From: Basidiobolus meristosporus CBS 931.73
Taxonomy: Eukaryota > Fungi > Basidiobolomycota
Length of the DNA: 64,000 nucleotides
Reading direction: 5' to 3'
Assembly (NCBI GenBank): GCA_002104905.1
Contig: MCFE01000412.1
Location: 1-64,000, forward strand
Below the pieces are notes generated by a model. It was not told the origin of the DNA and did not search any database. It saw nothing but the letters and a program-made list of their open reading frames with translations. This document shows, one piece after another, positions 1 through 12,353 of the stretch (position 1 is its first letter; each line of letters opens with the position of its first letter). Position numbers and translations under genes: made by a program.

Positions 1-615
1 CATACATCCACTCCATAGAAAACTCCCAAAAGGTGAAGCAAGGCCCAATATCCTCCACACACCAAGCAAGATGGAGTAGAGAAAGGATACAGTAGCAGCA
101 GAGATCTACATATTCAGCTTTATGTCTGTGGTGTAGCCACTCAAATCCTGTTACAAACTCCTTGCATAACAGCTCTAGATGTATCAAGTTGTTGTTAGTG
201 CTTTGCTTCTAAAAAGATATTCCTACAATGTCCACAGATGACTCCCAATGCTTCCAATGTGCTCTTGGAAGGAATAGCTTCAGAATGCCACTTGGGTAAA
301 TAAACTTGCTCTGTTGGATAATGCCATATAGTGCCAGCCTGCTTATAGTGCCAAATCATTCTTGCACTCTACAGCACTATCTGGCACTATAACCACTATT
401 ATAATTCCAGTGGTAGGATATAGTTACTGTTAATTTTATTCAATCTTACCTATGTTGCTCAGGATAGTGCTTTCCTTGCTGTATTTACTCTTCATAACGC
501 TCCAGACACATTTCTCTCAGTGGATGTCTTTTTGTATGGGTATTCTGTACATTGATAAGTATCTTGACTATTTTACCTATTCAGCATTTTCTCCTCTATA
601 TAGCTTTCCTTGGTA

Positions 616-1342
616 TTAACCAGCCAATATGCTAAATCTCTTCAGATATGCAAATGTATGCTCTACCATTACTCTGAAAAGATTAAATATCTCATTGTAG
701 AGCTTCTGCTTCCTGCTAAGCACACCATTCCTTGGCTTCCTATATGCTGTAATACATCCTAATCTCTGAGAATCCTCTCCTATATGAGCTAAGTCTTCCA
801 TACATTTCTCCCCTCTACTGAATTCTGGATGATTCTCTACCCAGAGTGCTTTGTCATGCCAACTTCCAGCAAATGGCCCGCTAGACCAGACAATGATATC
901 CTTAATGTAAGACAGTGCCTGAAGCTTCACACAGTGTTCCTTGTACTAGTCAGAATAAAAGTGCCTCTGCCCTCTAGAATGTCTGCTACTCCTCACTGGG
1001 ATGGTATCCAAAATACTCCTTATATGGAACCTGTTGTTGGACACTCTGGGATAGGGAACCCTATTGGAGCTTCCAAGCCTAGTATTCCAAGCTGGTCCTA
1101 AGTCAATCATACCCTCTGCAAGGAGGTTCTCCATTGCTGTCAGCTGGGAATAATACTTCTAGGACTTTGTTGCCATGGATGGTGAGATGAAATCTTGTGG
1201 GGCAATAGTTCTTGTAATAGGAGAGAAGCTTAACAAGGGATCCCCTTGCGTAGATTGGGGTAGATGGTCCATGGTACTTGGTATAGATCTCCTGTAGTGT
1301 GTCAAAAGGATATCCAGTGGTAGTGATGGGATTGATGAGCAA
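616..1342 (-). pseudogene. Harbinger-type DDE transposase (DDE_Tnp_4-like), frameshifted
   Basis: ORFs 1103-1342, 946-1134 and 616-930 contain ILDTIPVR, SGPFAGSWHD, MEDLAHIG and VEHTFAYLKRFSIL. Confidence 0.85.
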
Positions 1343-1817
1343 TGATCATTCAGATAAGTAAGTCATATTAAATGGGTAGGTGGTCAGGCTGAGGTGAGTT
1401 AAACTGACTTGGTGCAATCAGCTTTATTTATCAGATTTTCCATGCATTATGATTAAATCTCCATCAATTGCCATGTATCCCATCATTATGTTGCAAAAAT
1501 CATCTTTAAACAATGACTTGGTATTTTTATTGATGCTTTATGTACAAGTCTATAATCAGACAGGAAATCTGCAATTGATGGGATCCAATCTGTGTCAATG
1601 CAATTGAAGATGCATCATGCATGATATATGGAAAACTGAACAATCACATTAGTCTTCATATATATCTCATATAAGAACAGCTTGATGCTAGTACACTACT
1701 GTATAGGCTTTCATATCTGTCACTATGATCCCTATACCAAGTCTCAACTGATCTTTAGTACATCGCAGACAAAACACATCCCCCAGCTCACAAGCACATT
1801 CCAGACCAGAGAAGTCA

Positions 1818-3390
1818 ATGTTGGATCTGTTTGAGTTCCTGCCAAATGATTTTAGTATGGCTAAGTGTCTATGATTAGCCTTCATACAGATATTTGGGCA
1901 CTGCTCATCAATCTAGCAAAATGTATACCTCAGAGAGTCAACAGAGATTTCAAGAACCTGAGTAGAAAACTTTGGCACGGGTCCTATGTCAAGATGCCAG
2001 CAGATGAATGTAAGAAGATACATTACAAGACAAGTATTGAAATCAAGAATGATCAAGAGTGAGGGGATTTAATAGGGAAGCCACATGGGAACAATTATGG
2101 GTGCAATTTGCAGAGTACAGGCCAGTCACATCCATTTGTGCCTCAACTTTGGGAAACATAGAGATTTTGAATGAGTATTGCCTCAAATGACTAATGTACT
2201 ATGTGATATATTAGTAGAGCTAAGTAGCTTCAAAGAGTAATATGCACAGGACTCATCCAGGCAACAGTTCCAAAGTATCAGAGAAAGGGTAAGTGAATAC
2301 CGTGAGGAATCAGAAGGTGAGCTTCAAGAGAAAGAATACAAACTGCAAGCAACAGCATCTAGATTGTGCCAGCACACCTTGCTGGATCCTTACCATCCCT
2401 TGCAACTTCAGCATGCTGGCACACATCAGTCCAAACTATGCTAACACCCTTCTTAAGAGCACCCTGCATTGAGTCAATGTGTGTGCTTCAGAGCAAAGCC
2501 ACCTGGATTTGCCAAACTGCTCATTTAGACACAAGTCCATTGTTGCAGGCCACGTTGTGTCCACAAGCAGCATTACATTAAGCTCTGCCAAGGGCCCTAC
2601 CAGCGCATAAAGTTGCTCCTGTGCATGTCATTACACCTGACCATCAGTAAGTTTCTTCTGGTGAACCAACTGATGATGACCCACATAAAGTTCCTCCATC
2701 ACCAGAGCCTTTAGCAAGTAAAAGAACATATCAGCACATAGCACTGCAGGCCAGTTGAGTAGCATCATCTGGAGCAACTAAGCACAGCCAAGCTGCAGCA
2801 TTGCACTCATCAACTATATGGCAAGATACTTACTACAAATACACAAGTGGCCAAAAGGATAGTCAACAAGGAGGTAGTCTAGGTGCTCAAATCAAATCAC
2901 CACCAAATGCTTCAGTAGTAATCCCTACGAGATACAAACCCAGGAGAAGAGTATTTACTTTGTTGAACCACTATTATTTGTCATGATCCATAAAATGCAT
3001 TTTTTTTGCAATCCAAATCACGTCATTGCAAATAAGTGATCATTTAATTTCTGATATAGGCAATAGCAAGGTTGTTTCACATTTGAGACAGAGCCTCTAA
3101 AAATAAACACCCTGCATATATGTACATCTTCTGCTACACCAGTGCGGCCATTTGATCCATTTTGCACCCATTTGACTGGTTGCATGCTAGCTATGACACC
3201 TTGTCCAATCACTAGGATCAGGGATTTACTTGCTCAATGGGCAAAATGGATATTTGATGACAAATCAGGTAGCTTGTGTATTGGTCAAGGAGCCAATTGA
3301 GGGCTAACAGCTTCAGGATACTTTTGGACCAAATAACCGCTGAGATGCCATCCAATTGGAGTGATGGCAACCAAAATGGCAAGTACCAGT
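1818..3390 (+). pseudogene. Second (accessory) ORF of Harbinger-type copy 1, unknown function
   Basis: Homologous to 7404-8990 (MLDLFEFLPNDFS...); fragmented by stops; end approximate. Confidence 0.55.
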
Positions 3391-4015
3391 ATAATTTACA
3401 GTGTTCTATGCATTTATTTCCATTTTCATTAAAGAAAAATATCCAAATGCTGGATTTTACCTACTATAATAGTTGTATTCAATTGTGCACATGATGCAGA
3501 CATTACAAGTTGGCACAATCATCCATGCCAATCTCATGGTGTCAGATTGTGCCATTGTGTGCACAATTGTCCCACATGGTGCAAAATAGTCCAAGAATAA
3601 TCCTGCCTACTGGTAGCTATAATATAATGCATGATTGTTCTTAGAGACCACAAATTGCACCACACACCCTGGCACAGTACAGTGGAACAAGTCTAATTAG
3701 CTGTAGACCACAAAACTGCTGTCATAAAGCCATCAAAAACCTGTAATGATTTGGTCAATACACCTTTAAGACTTTTGCCATTTAAGGCAACAGGATGTAC
3801 TGGCCAGTTAGATCCATTTAAAATGGTTATACAGTGCATTACAACCATAACAATGCCATGCAATTATTGTTACAGCACCAATCAAACCCTGTATAGTTTT
3901 TAGACATCATTTGGCAATAAATTAGCTAAATGCTATTGGGATCCTGTTATAAGATTTTTAAGAGGGTCACTAATTCCAAGCTGCTGGTATTATGATGGTC
4001 TCCAAATGGGATCCT

Positions 4016-4713
4016 GCCATTTTTTTTTGCAATCCAGATCATGAAATTGCAAATCAGTGATCACTGAATTTTAAATATAAGCAATTTCAGTGTTGTCTCA
4101 CGTATGAGACAGAACCCCTATAAAAAAACCCTGCATATATATACATCATCTGTGACACCTGTGCAGCATTTGATCTGTTTTGCACCTATCCAATTGGTTG
4201 TGTGCTAGCTATGACACCATGTCCAATTACTAAAATCAGGGAATTACTTACCCAATGAGCAAAATGGGATATTTGATGACAAATTGGGTATCTTGTGTAT
4301 TGGTCAAAGAGCCAATTGGGGGCTGACAGCTTCAGGATACTTTTGGGCCAATTAGCCACTGAGATACCATCCAATTGGAGTGATGGTAGCCAAAATGGTA
4401 AGTATTGGTGTAGTTTATAGTGTCATATGCATTTATTTGCATTTACATTAAAGAAACATATTCAAATACCAGATCTTACCTGTCATAATAGCAGTATCCA
4501 ATTGCACACATGAAGCAAACATTTCAAGTTGGAACAATCATCCATGCCAGCCTCATTGTGTCAGATTGTGCCATATTTTGCAAGATTGTCCCACATGATG
4601 CGTAATTGTCAAAGAGCAATCCTGCCTACTGGTAGCTATAATATTGCACCCAATTGTTCTTAGAGCCCATGGATCATGCCATGCACCCTGGCATGGTACA
4701 ATGGAACAAGTTT
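4016..4713. mobile_element. Truncated third copy (right end only) of the Harbinger-type element
   Basis: Aligns with ~2995-3694 and ~8600-9301; ends GGAACAAGTTT followed by AAT; left boundary approximate. Confidence 0.8.
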
Positions 4714-6059
4714 AATACATATCCTGTGCAACCAGTCTTTGTATTTGTGTTGTTGCATATGCATATAAGTATTGATTGGAGCCTGTGAGAAGTACTTAGG
4801 GTAGCAGATACTCTGTAATATTTTGTCAATTCTTTCAAACTTTTCCAGTATCTTGAGGGCTCATTTGGCTTAAAATCCCCCATGTACAACTTAGTTATCA
4901 GTGTAGGGATATTGCTGAAAATCAAATGCAATACTCCCAGTGGAAAGCTTCTGCTCCAACAGATACCCTCTATATTGTGTATTGCTGTTTTCTAATTTAT
5001 TCAATATTCTGGCCAATGGCTAATAGCTTGCCATCTTTGCTGCAATTCCATGCTGACTTCTGTACATTCTTTCTGTAGGAAAATGATGTTCTGAGTGTTG
5101 GTGTTTGAGTAATAATAATGTGTGCAACTTATGGAGTAAGTCCCATGGATCTCACACATTTGATAGCAATACCATCCATTATACCCAGAAAAGCCAGCTA
5201 TCTTGCTGATGGTTAGGGTATCTCTAATGCAGATAATAATAGGCACTTTCACATGACAGCTATTGACTGTTATCCCACTTGATAGCATACAAAACTCATT
5301 CAGTAATGGATGCAGGTAGCTATCCAGGTTGGATGGTGATTTAGGCCTAGATACCAGAGAGATTACCATTGGATTTTTGCTCTGATACCATCAGATAGGT
5401 GGCAAATTCTGGTTGATGAGAATCAGTGGCCAGCATGATTTGCTGGTAGAGTACTTATTTTGAGTATCCATCAAGTGCAAAGGCAAAGGCATGGTCATAT
5501 ATACCTTCAATGTAGCCCTTGCTTCTTAGCTCTTTGTAATCTTTGCCATCAAATATATCTGATATGTTTTCACTTGATTGATACTGAGTGCGGTACTTTG
5601 TAGCTTTGCAATATTTGTTAGACTGCATGAGCTTCTTTAGACAGGGTGTTACCAGAATATATCTGAAGCGTGAAAAATGTTTTCCCTCAATGGTGGTGGA
5701 TTCCTGACAATTTGTTCACATTACAATGATGGCACTTTTAGATACAAATGCCATGCAACTGTTGACACAAGCAAGAATCAGGACAGTCTTTGTGTCATCT
5801 GTTGCCAGCTACATGACAGTTGTCCACTTATACCATGCACATGGCAAGTTGTATCCTGGAATGATTTTGGCAAGGAGTAGTAATAGACTTGTTCAGTTGG
5901 ATAGTGCCACATAGTGCCAGCCTGTTTATAGTGCTGGATCAATCTGGCACCCTATGGCACTATCTGGCACAATAATTTCTACCATGATGCCATTGGTATG
6001 ATACAGTTACTGGTAATTTTACTCAATCTTATTTTTGTCGCTCAGAAGAGTGCTTTACT

Positions 6060-6951
6060 TGCTTTATTTACTCTTCATAATGCTCCAGACAGATTTCTCT
6101 CAGTGGATGTCTTCTTGTATGAGCATACTGTGCATTAATAAGTATCTTAACTATTTTACCTATTCTGCTGTTTTCTCATCTATATGACTTTCCTCTGTAT
6201 TTACCTGCCAATATGCTGAATCTCTTCAGATATCCAAATGTGTGCTATACCCTCACTCTGAAATGATTAAATATCTCATTGTAGAGCTTCTGCTTCCTGC
6301 TAAGCACACTATTCCTTGGCTTCCTATATGCTGTAATACATCCTAATCTGTGACAATCCTCTCCTATATAGGCTAAGTCTGCCATACATTTCTCCCCCTT
6401 ACTGAATTCAGGATGATTCTCTACCCAGAGTGCTTTGTCATGCCTACTTCCAGCAAATGGCCCACTAAACCAGATGATGTTACCCTCAATGTCAGAGAGT
6501 GCTTGAAACTTCACACAGTGTGCCTTGTACTTGCCAGAATAAAAGTGCCTCTGCCCTCTAGAAGGTCTATTAATCCTCACTGGGAAGGTATCCAAAATAC
6601 TCCTTATATGGAACTTGTGCTGAACACTCTGGGATATGGAAGTCTATTGGAGCTTCTGAACCTAGTTTTCCAAGCTTGCTCCAAGTCATTCATACACTCT
6701 GCAAGGTGGTTCTCCATTGCTGTCAGCTGGGAATGAAAGCTTCTAGGACCTTTGTTGCCATGGATGGTGGGATGAAACCTTGTGGGGCAATAGTTCTTGT
6801 AATAGCAGAGAAGCTTAACAAGGGATCTCCTTGAGTAGATTGGGGTTGACGGTCTACAGTACTTGGAATAGATCTCCTCTAGTGTGTCAAAATGAAATCC
6901 AGCGGTAGTGATGGGATTGATGAGAAAAGACCATTCAGATGAGTAATTCAT
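6060..6951 (-). pseudogene. Harbinger-type DDE transposase (DDE_Tnp_4-like)
   Basis: DTFPVRINRP...FYSGKYKAHCVKFQ...SGPFAGSRHD...MADLAYIG...YNEIFNHFRVRV; D/D/E triad region recognisable; 3' end approximate. Confidence 0.85.
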
Positions 6952-7403
6952 ATTAAAATTGGTGGATGATTGTATGGAGGTGGTTTGAATTGATTTGGCA
7001 CAATCTGCGTTATTTATCAGATTTTTAATGCATTATGATTAAATCTCCATTGATCACCATGTATCCCATCATTATGTTGCAAAAATCATCCGCAAACAAT
7101 GCCTTGGTACTTTTATTGATGCTTTACTCATAGGTCTATAATCAAATAGGAAATCTGCAATTGATGTGATCTGATCTGTGTCAACGCAATCCAAGATGCA
7201 TCATGCATAATATATGGAAAATTCAACAATCACATTAGTTTTCATATATATTTCATATTCAACCAGGTTGATGCCAATATACTGTTGTATAAGTATCCAA
7301 ATTTGTTGCTATGGTCCCCATACCAAGTCTCAACTCATCTTTAGTACAACCCAGGCAAAACCCATCCCCCAGCTCACAAGCACGGTCTGGACTGGAAAAG
7401 TCA

Positions 7404-8990
7404 ATGTTGGATCTGTTTGAGTTCTTGCCAAATGATTTTAGTATAGCCCAAGTGTCTATGATGAGCCTTCATACAGATATATGGGCACTACTGATTAATC
7501 TAGCAGAACTAGATACCTTGGATAGTCAACAAAGATGGAAGAACTTGAGTAGAAAGCTGTGGCATGAGTTCTACATCAAGATGCCAGCCAATGTATTTAA
7601 GAAGATATATAACAGGACAAGTATTGAAATCAAGAATGAGCTGAGAGTGAGGGGATTTGATGAAGAAGCCACGTGGGAATGATTTTGTGCGCAATTTGCA
7701 CAGTATGGGCCGGACAAGTCCGGTTGTGCCTCAACTTTGGGAACCAAAGAGATTTTGAATGAGTTTTTGCCTCAAATGACTAATGTACTGTTTGATATAT
7801 TAGTAGAGCTAAGTGGCTTCCAAGAGCAATATACACAGGACTCATCCAGGCAACAGCTCCAAAGTATCAGACAGAGGGTAAGTGAATACCTTGATGATTC
7901 AGATGGTGAGCTTCAGGAGGAAGAATACAGACCGCAAGCAACATCATCCAGATTGTGCCAGCACGCCTTGCTGGACTCCTTACCATCTCTTGCAACCTCA
8001 GTGCACTGGTGCACGTCAGTCCAGACTACACCAACACCCTTTACTAGAGCGCCCCGTGTCAAGTCAACATGTGTTGGGTGAATGCGCACGCTTCAGAGCA
8101 AAACTACCAGAACTTGCCAAACTGCTCATTTAGAAACAAGTCCATTGGAGCGGACTGAGTCACGTCAACATGCAGCATCACATCAAACTCAGCCAAGGGC
8201 CATCTCAACGCGTCAAGGCAAGCCTGCATGTGCCATTTTGCCTGACCATCCGCAAGTTATTTCTGGTGAACTGACTGATGATGACCAACATGAAGTGCCT
8301 CAACCACCAGAGCCCTTGGCAAGTAAAAGAACACGTCAGCATGTGGCACTCCAGGCCAGTTCAGTTGGTTCAGTTGGAGTAATTCAGCGTGGCCAAGCTG
8401 CAGCATTGCACTCATCCACAAGGAGGCAAAAAACAGACTACAAATACACAGGTAGCCAAGATGATAGTTAGCCAGGAAGTAGTATAGGTGTGCAAAGTGA
8501 ATCACTACCAAATGCTGCAGTAGTAATTCCTGTGAGAAAAAAACCCAGGAGAAGATGATGCAATTGCTTTGAATTGCTATTATTTGTAATGATCCTGACA
8601 ACCCATTTTTTTTGCAATCTGAATCAAGCCATTGCAAATCAGTGATCATCAAATTTTTGATATAAGTAATATCAAGGCTGTCTCATATTTGAGACAAAAC
8701 CCCTATAAATAAATACCCTGCATATATATACATCATCTGTAATACCAGTGCAGCAATTGGATCTGTTTTGCACCTACCCAATTGCTTGCGTCCTAGCTAT
8801 GACACCTTGTCCAATCACTAGGATCAAGGATTTACTTGCTCAATGGGCAAAATGGGATATTTGATGGCAAATCAGGTAGCTTGCTTAGTAGTCAATGAGC
8901 CAATTGGGGGCTGCCAGCTTCAGGATACTTTTGGACCAATTAACCACTGAGATACCGTCCAATTGGAACAATGGTAACCAAAATGGTAAG
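7404..8990 (+). pseudogene. Second ORF of Harbinger-type copy 2, unknown function
   Basis: ORFs 7311-7682, 7737-8081 and 8082-8471 are consecutive pieces of one frame, broken by TGA stops; divergent from the transposase. Confidence 0.6.
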
Positions 8991-10385
8991 TATTAGTGTG
9001 GTTTATAGTGTGATACACATTTATTTCCATTTATATTGAAGAAACATATCCAAATACTGGATTTTACCTCCCATAATAGCGGTATCCAATCACGCACGTG
9101 ATACAAACATTACAAGTTGGTGCAATCATCCATGCCAACCTCATTGTGTCAGATTGTGCCATAGTGTGTGAGATTGTCCCACACAGTGCAAAATTGTCCA
9201 AGAACAATCCTGCCTTCTGGTAGCTTTAATATCATGCCCAATTGTTCTTTACAACTGTGGATCACACCATGTGCCCTGGCACAGTACAATGGAACAAGTC
9301 TAATAAATCCTCAAAGCCCCCATTACTGATATTAGTGGAAACACACCACTTCTCTAGCCACAACATTACGTTATTCACCAGTAGATAGATTACTGGGCTC
9401 ACTTGGCTCCATGAAGTATCTGTGGCATTTTTTTTTGCAGGTGCTGTCTCATTGCATATTAGGATTTGACCAGCTCATGCATGGTACTGTTGTTAGGATA
9501 GATAGGCTTACAGTCTGTTGGTGAGCCTTCTTTGTCAGATCTGTTGTGCTGTGTGCCATATTCATGAGGCTGTGGTGAGCTTAAAGGCATCACAAACTCA
9601 CCTGACTCAGTTTGTGCAAGGTTACGAAGACAGCCAGGTGGCAATATAGAATCTCAACTGGCTGGCAAGATAATGCGGGTACAGTAGTGACTGATGAGTA
9701 GTCAAATAGGGCTTGTGTGGCAAAACACTGGCTGTGATCCTTGTAATACTTCCTATGCTGTCTGTGTGCTACATGTCTGCAAGGCTTGCTACAATAGCCA
9801 CATGGTCCTTTTTCCCTTCTCTTAAGGTGTTGAATCAAAGTAGTCTTGTCCATGGGGCAAACAGTTTGATCTTCAACAAGACAACACTATTATATCACTT
9901 TTTGGTCAATAAACATGTGAATTCCAGAGAGTCTTGTATTTAAGTCATTGCGCCTAAGTGAATGTATGACTCAATGGTGACCTGCCATAGTATGCATTAT
10001 AAATAAAGTTGTGGCACCACATCCCCATGTATATGTTACACTACATCCCCTTTGGCTTGACTCACTTCCATATATATCCCACCAATAAATAACGCAAGGT
10101 TGTCAGCTTCTCAACTAAGCCCCACTGCTGATGGCAGCAAAAGAACAGTTGGACAACAGCTTGCTTTGGCATTCAGTGTAAGAAGCAAGGCTACATCCAA
10201 CAAAGGGTATGTTGACAGTATGCCCACTGAAGGTAATAATGCGGACTCCTCAGGCTCTCAGTCAAGTAGGCAACTGAGAACCTCTGAGGAGCTACAAGCT
10301 GACCATAATGCTCAGGCAGATGAGAGTGTAGTAATTGCAGTACCTGCAGTTGACTACCAGCAAGTTGCTGTCAAAACATCACCAC

Positions 10386-10734
10386 CGTTGTAAAAATTTG
10401 TAATTCAACCTTGATATTCACCTAACTTAGTCACTTAGATCCTTACCCTCAAATCCTAGAGAATACTGACCAAATTCTGTGTTTGGATTTATTTAGAATA
10501 TTTTCACCAAAATACCAGGTACCTAGAACATGAAAATTCTCAAAGCTGTCCAAACAGCCCTAAGCTTTGCGCACATGTTCTTGGGATCTTTCTTAACCTA
10601 TTCTACATGTTTGGTATGCCAAAACCATGTAAAAGTATAAATACTACTTTTACATTCAGTAAATCATTAAGTGCAAACCACATAATCTACTTGCTCTCCC
10701 AATCACTTTCAATATCTCCAAGACTCTTATAACA
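10386..10734 (+). repeat. 5' LTR of copia 1 (349 bp, CGTTG...TAACA)
   Basis: Direct repeat of 14307-14655; about 19 mismatches by manual alignment. Confidence 0.95.
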
Positions 10735-10746
10735 GGTTATGGGCCC
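10735..10746 (+). promoter_or_regulatory. Primer-binding site GGTTATGGGCCC (half-tRNA iMet type)
   Basis: Immediately follows the 5' LTR; same motif as the Drosophila copia-type PBS. Confidence 0.8.
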
Positions 10747-11565
10747 CAAGCTATCACTCTCTGCAATGTCTACTACTGCTATTACCGGAACTTTTCCCTC
10801 TGCTGAAAAGTTGGATGGATCCAACTACCAAGTGTGGAAGGTGAAGCTGAAGATGCTGCCACAAGAAAGAGGCCTTTGCAATATTGCCATGGGAGAAGAA
10901 TGCCCTCCTAAAAACATGGGAGAGGAAGCCTTAAAGTACTAGAAGAAAGAACAAAGTGCCTTTAACTGCATTTGCCTTAATGTTAAAGATAAATTGCTAA
11001 TTCAATGTTCAAGAGCAAAAATGGCAAAAATGCTTGGAAGGCATTAGAAGACACCTACCAGTCATGCTCAGCTGCTATGAAAATGTATCAGAGACAAAAA
11101 TTCTTTACTACAAAGATGCTGCCAGGTGAAGAAATGAAAAATCTAATTTACAGAATTACCCTGCTGGTAGATGAAATGGAATCTGTGGGTGTACCAACTA
11201 CTTATGAAGATGTGATAGTGACCATCCTGAATTGCCTGACAGACAAGTTACAGGGCCTTGTATCAGCCCTAGAGTCCAGAACTGAAGATTTGACCTTAAA
11301 TTATGTATATGGAAGGCTCCTGGATGAAGAATCAAGAAAATCAAGTGCCAATAAGAAGGAAGAAGAAAATGCTTTAATAAGCAATGATAACCAACAAAGG
11401 AGGTACCCAAGACCCTACAAAGACAACAGCAACCTGTTTTGCAACTACTGCAAAAGGAAAGGACACACCTCAGACCAGTGCTTCAAAAAGAAAGATAGTC
11501 AGCAGAAAAGCCTGAATATGGAAATGCTGCAACAACTGAATATATACAATTCATATCTGCACTAA
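10739..11565 (+). pseudogene. Copia gag (UBN2/Retrotran_gag-like plus CCHC knuckle)
   Basis: EKLDGSNYQVWKVKLKM; AWKALEDTY; CNYCKRKGHTSDQC; interrupted by a stop and frameshift. Confidence 0.85.
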
Positions 11566-11833
11566 ATATGACCACAAACAAGGATTCTCAGATGTGGTAT
11601 ATTGACTCTGGAGCATCTCAACACTTTACACATCCAAAAGAACTTTTTACCTAATATCAAGAAATTCCAATTAAGAAGGTTTTCATGGGTGACAATAGAG
11701 CACTCAATGCAGTGGGAGAAGGAACTATCCAAGTAAACCTAAGAAGCAGTGAAGGAAGCCATACACTGACCTTTAAAGAAGTACTCTATGTACCAGAAAT
11801 AGCCAAGAACCTACTATCTGTAAGCAAGGCCAC

Positions 11834-12353
11834 TGTTTTGAATAGACACAAGGCAGGAGGAAAAGCTAGGCACAGCAAGAAAGGACTTAGGTGTGGACCA
11901 TCAAGGCAAGACAGGATTCAAGGCAAGGCTGTTTATTCAAGACCTGTGTTTATCAGACTGAGGAATACTTAAGGGGGATAGGACTACATATACTTTTTGG
12001 CTATACTGATGCCAAGAGATATTAGCTAATACTAATGGGGTTGTGGGGTAAGGCACAGCAGCAGTGCTGGGGATAATAATATATAAGGCAAGGCACTGAG
12101 ACAGGATGGGGAAATGGATTGGGTCACCTGATCATATGACTAAGTCATGTGACCTGGTATTCTCATATATGGTACTGGACTATGAAAAATACAATGGGAA
12201 GCTTCCATGAAATGTTCCATTGTCTAACAATGGTTTGGAATGGTCAGGAACTTTCTGGCAGGTGATAGAAGGTTCCAGAAGGAATCTCTTAGAAATTGAG
12301 CTAGGAAGCTGAAACTTGGCATGGGTGTTTATGTTTGTCATGTGATCATGACA
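11834..12353. mobile_element. Solo LTR of an unrelated family inserted in copia 1 pol
   Basis: TG...CA ends (TGTTTTG...ATGACA); TSD GCCAC at 11829-11833 and 12354-12358; removal restores NLLSVSKATAEGLSFSFDNSGC. Confidence 0.85.

Larger units (their letters stand above)
302..3694. mobile_element. PIF/Harbinger-superfamily DNA transposon, copy 1 (two divergent ORFs, decayed)
   Basis: Ends AAACTTGCTC...GAACAAGTCT; AAT on both flanks (299-301, 3695-3697); colinear with 5885-9301; DDE_Tnp_4-like transposase remnants; subterminal ATAGTGCCA/TGGCACTAT motifs. Confidence 0.85.
5885..9301. mobile_element. PIF/Harbinger-superfamily DNA transposon, copy 2 (best preserved)
   Basis: Imperfect 25-bp TIR (AGACTTGTTCAGTTGGATAGTGCCA versus reverse complement AGACTTGTTCCATTGTACTGTGCCA, 20/25 match); AAT TSD at 5882-5884 and 9302-9304. 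Confidence 0.9.
1..9853 (-). pseudogene. CACTA/EnSpm-type (Transposase_21/Tnp2-like) transposase, decayed and split by three insertions; pieces at 9305-9853, 4717-5881, 3698-4015 and 1-298; runs off the left edge
   Basis: Motifs read on the minus strand: NISNGGFEDLLLLLAKIIPGYNLP, CVNSCMAF, DIFDGKDY, PKSPSNLDSYLHPLLNE, GFSGYNGWYCYQMCEIHG, HLIFSNIP, and LLHLAWCVEDIGPCFTFWEFSME at the window start. Many stops and frameshifts. Confidence 0.8.
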
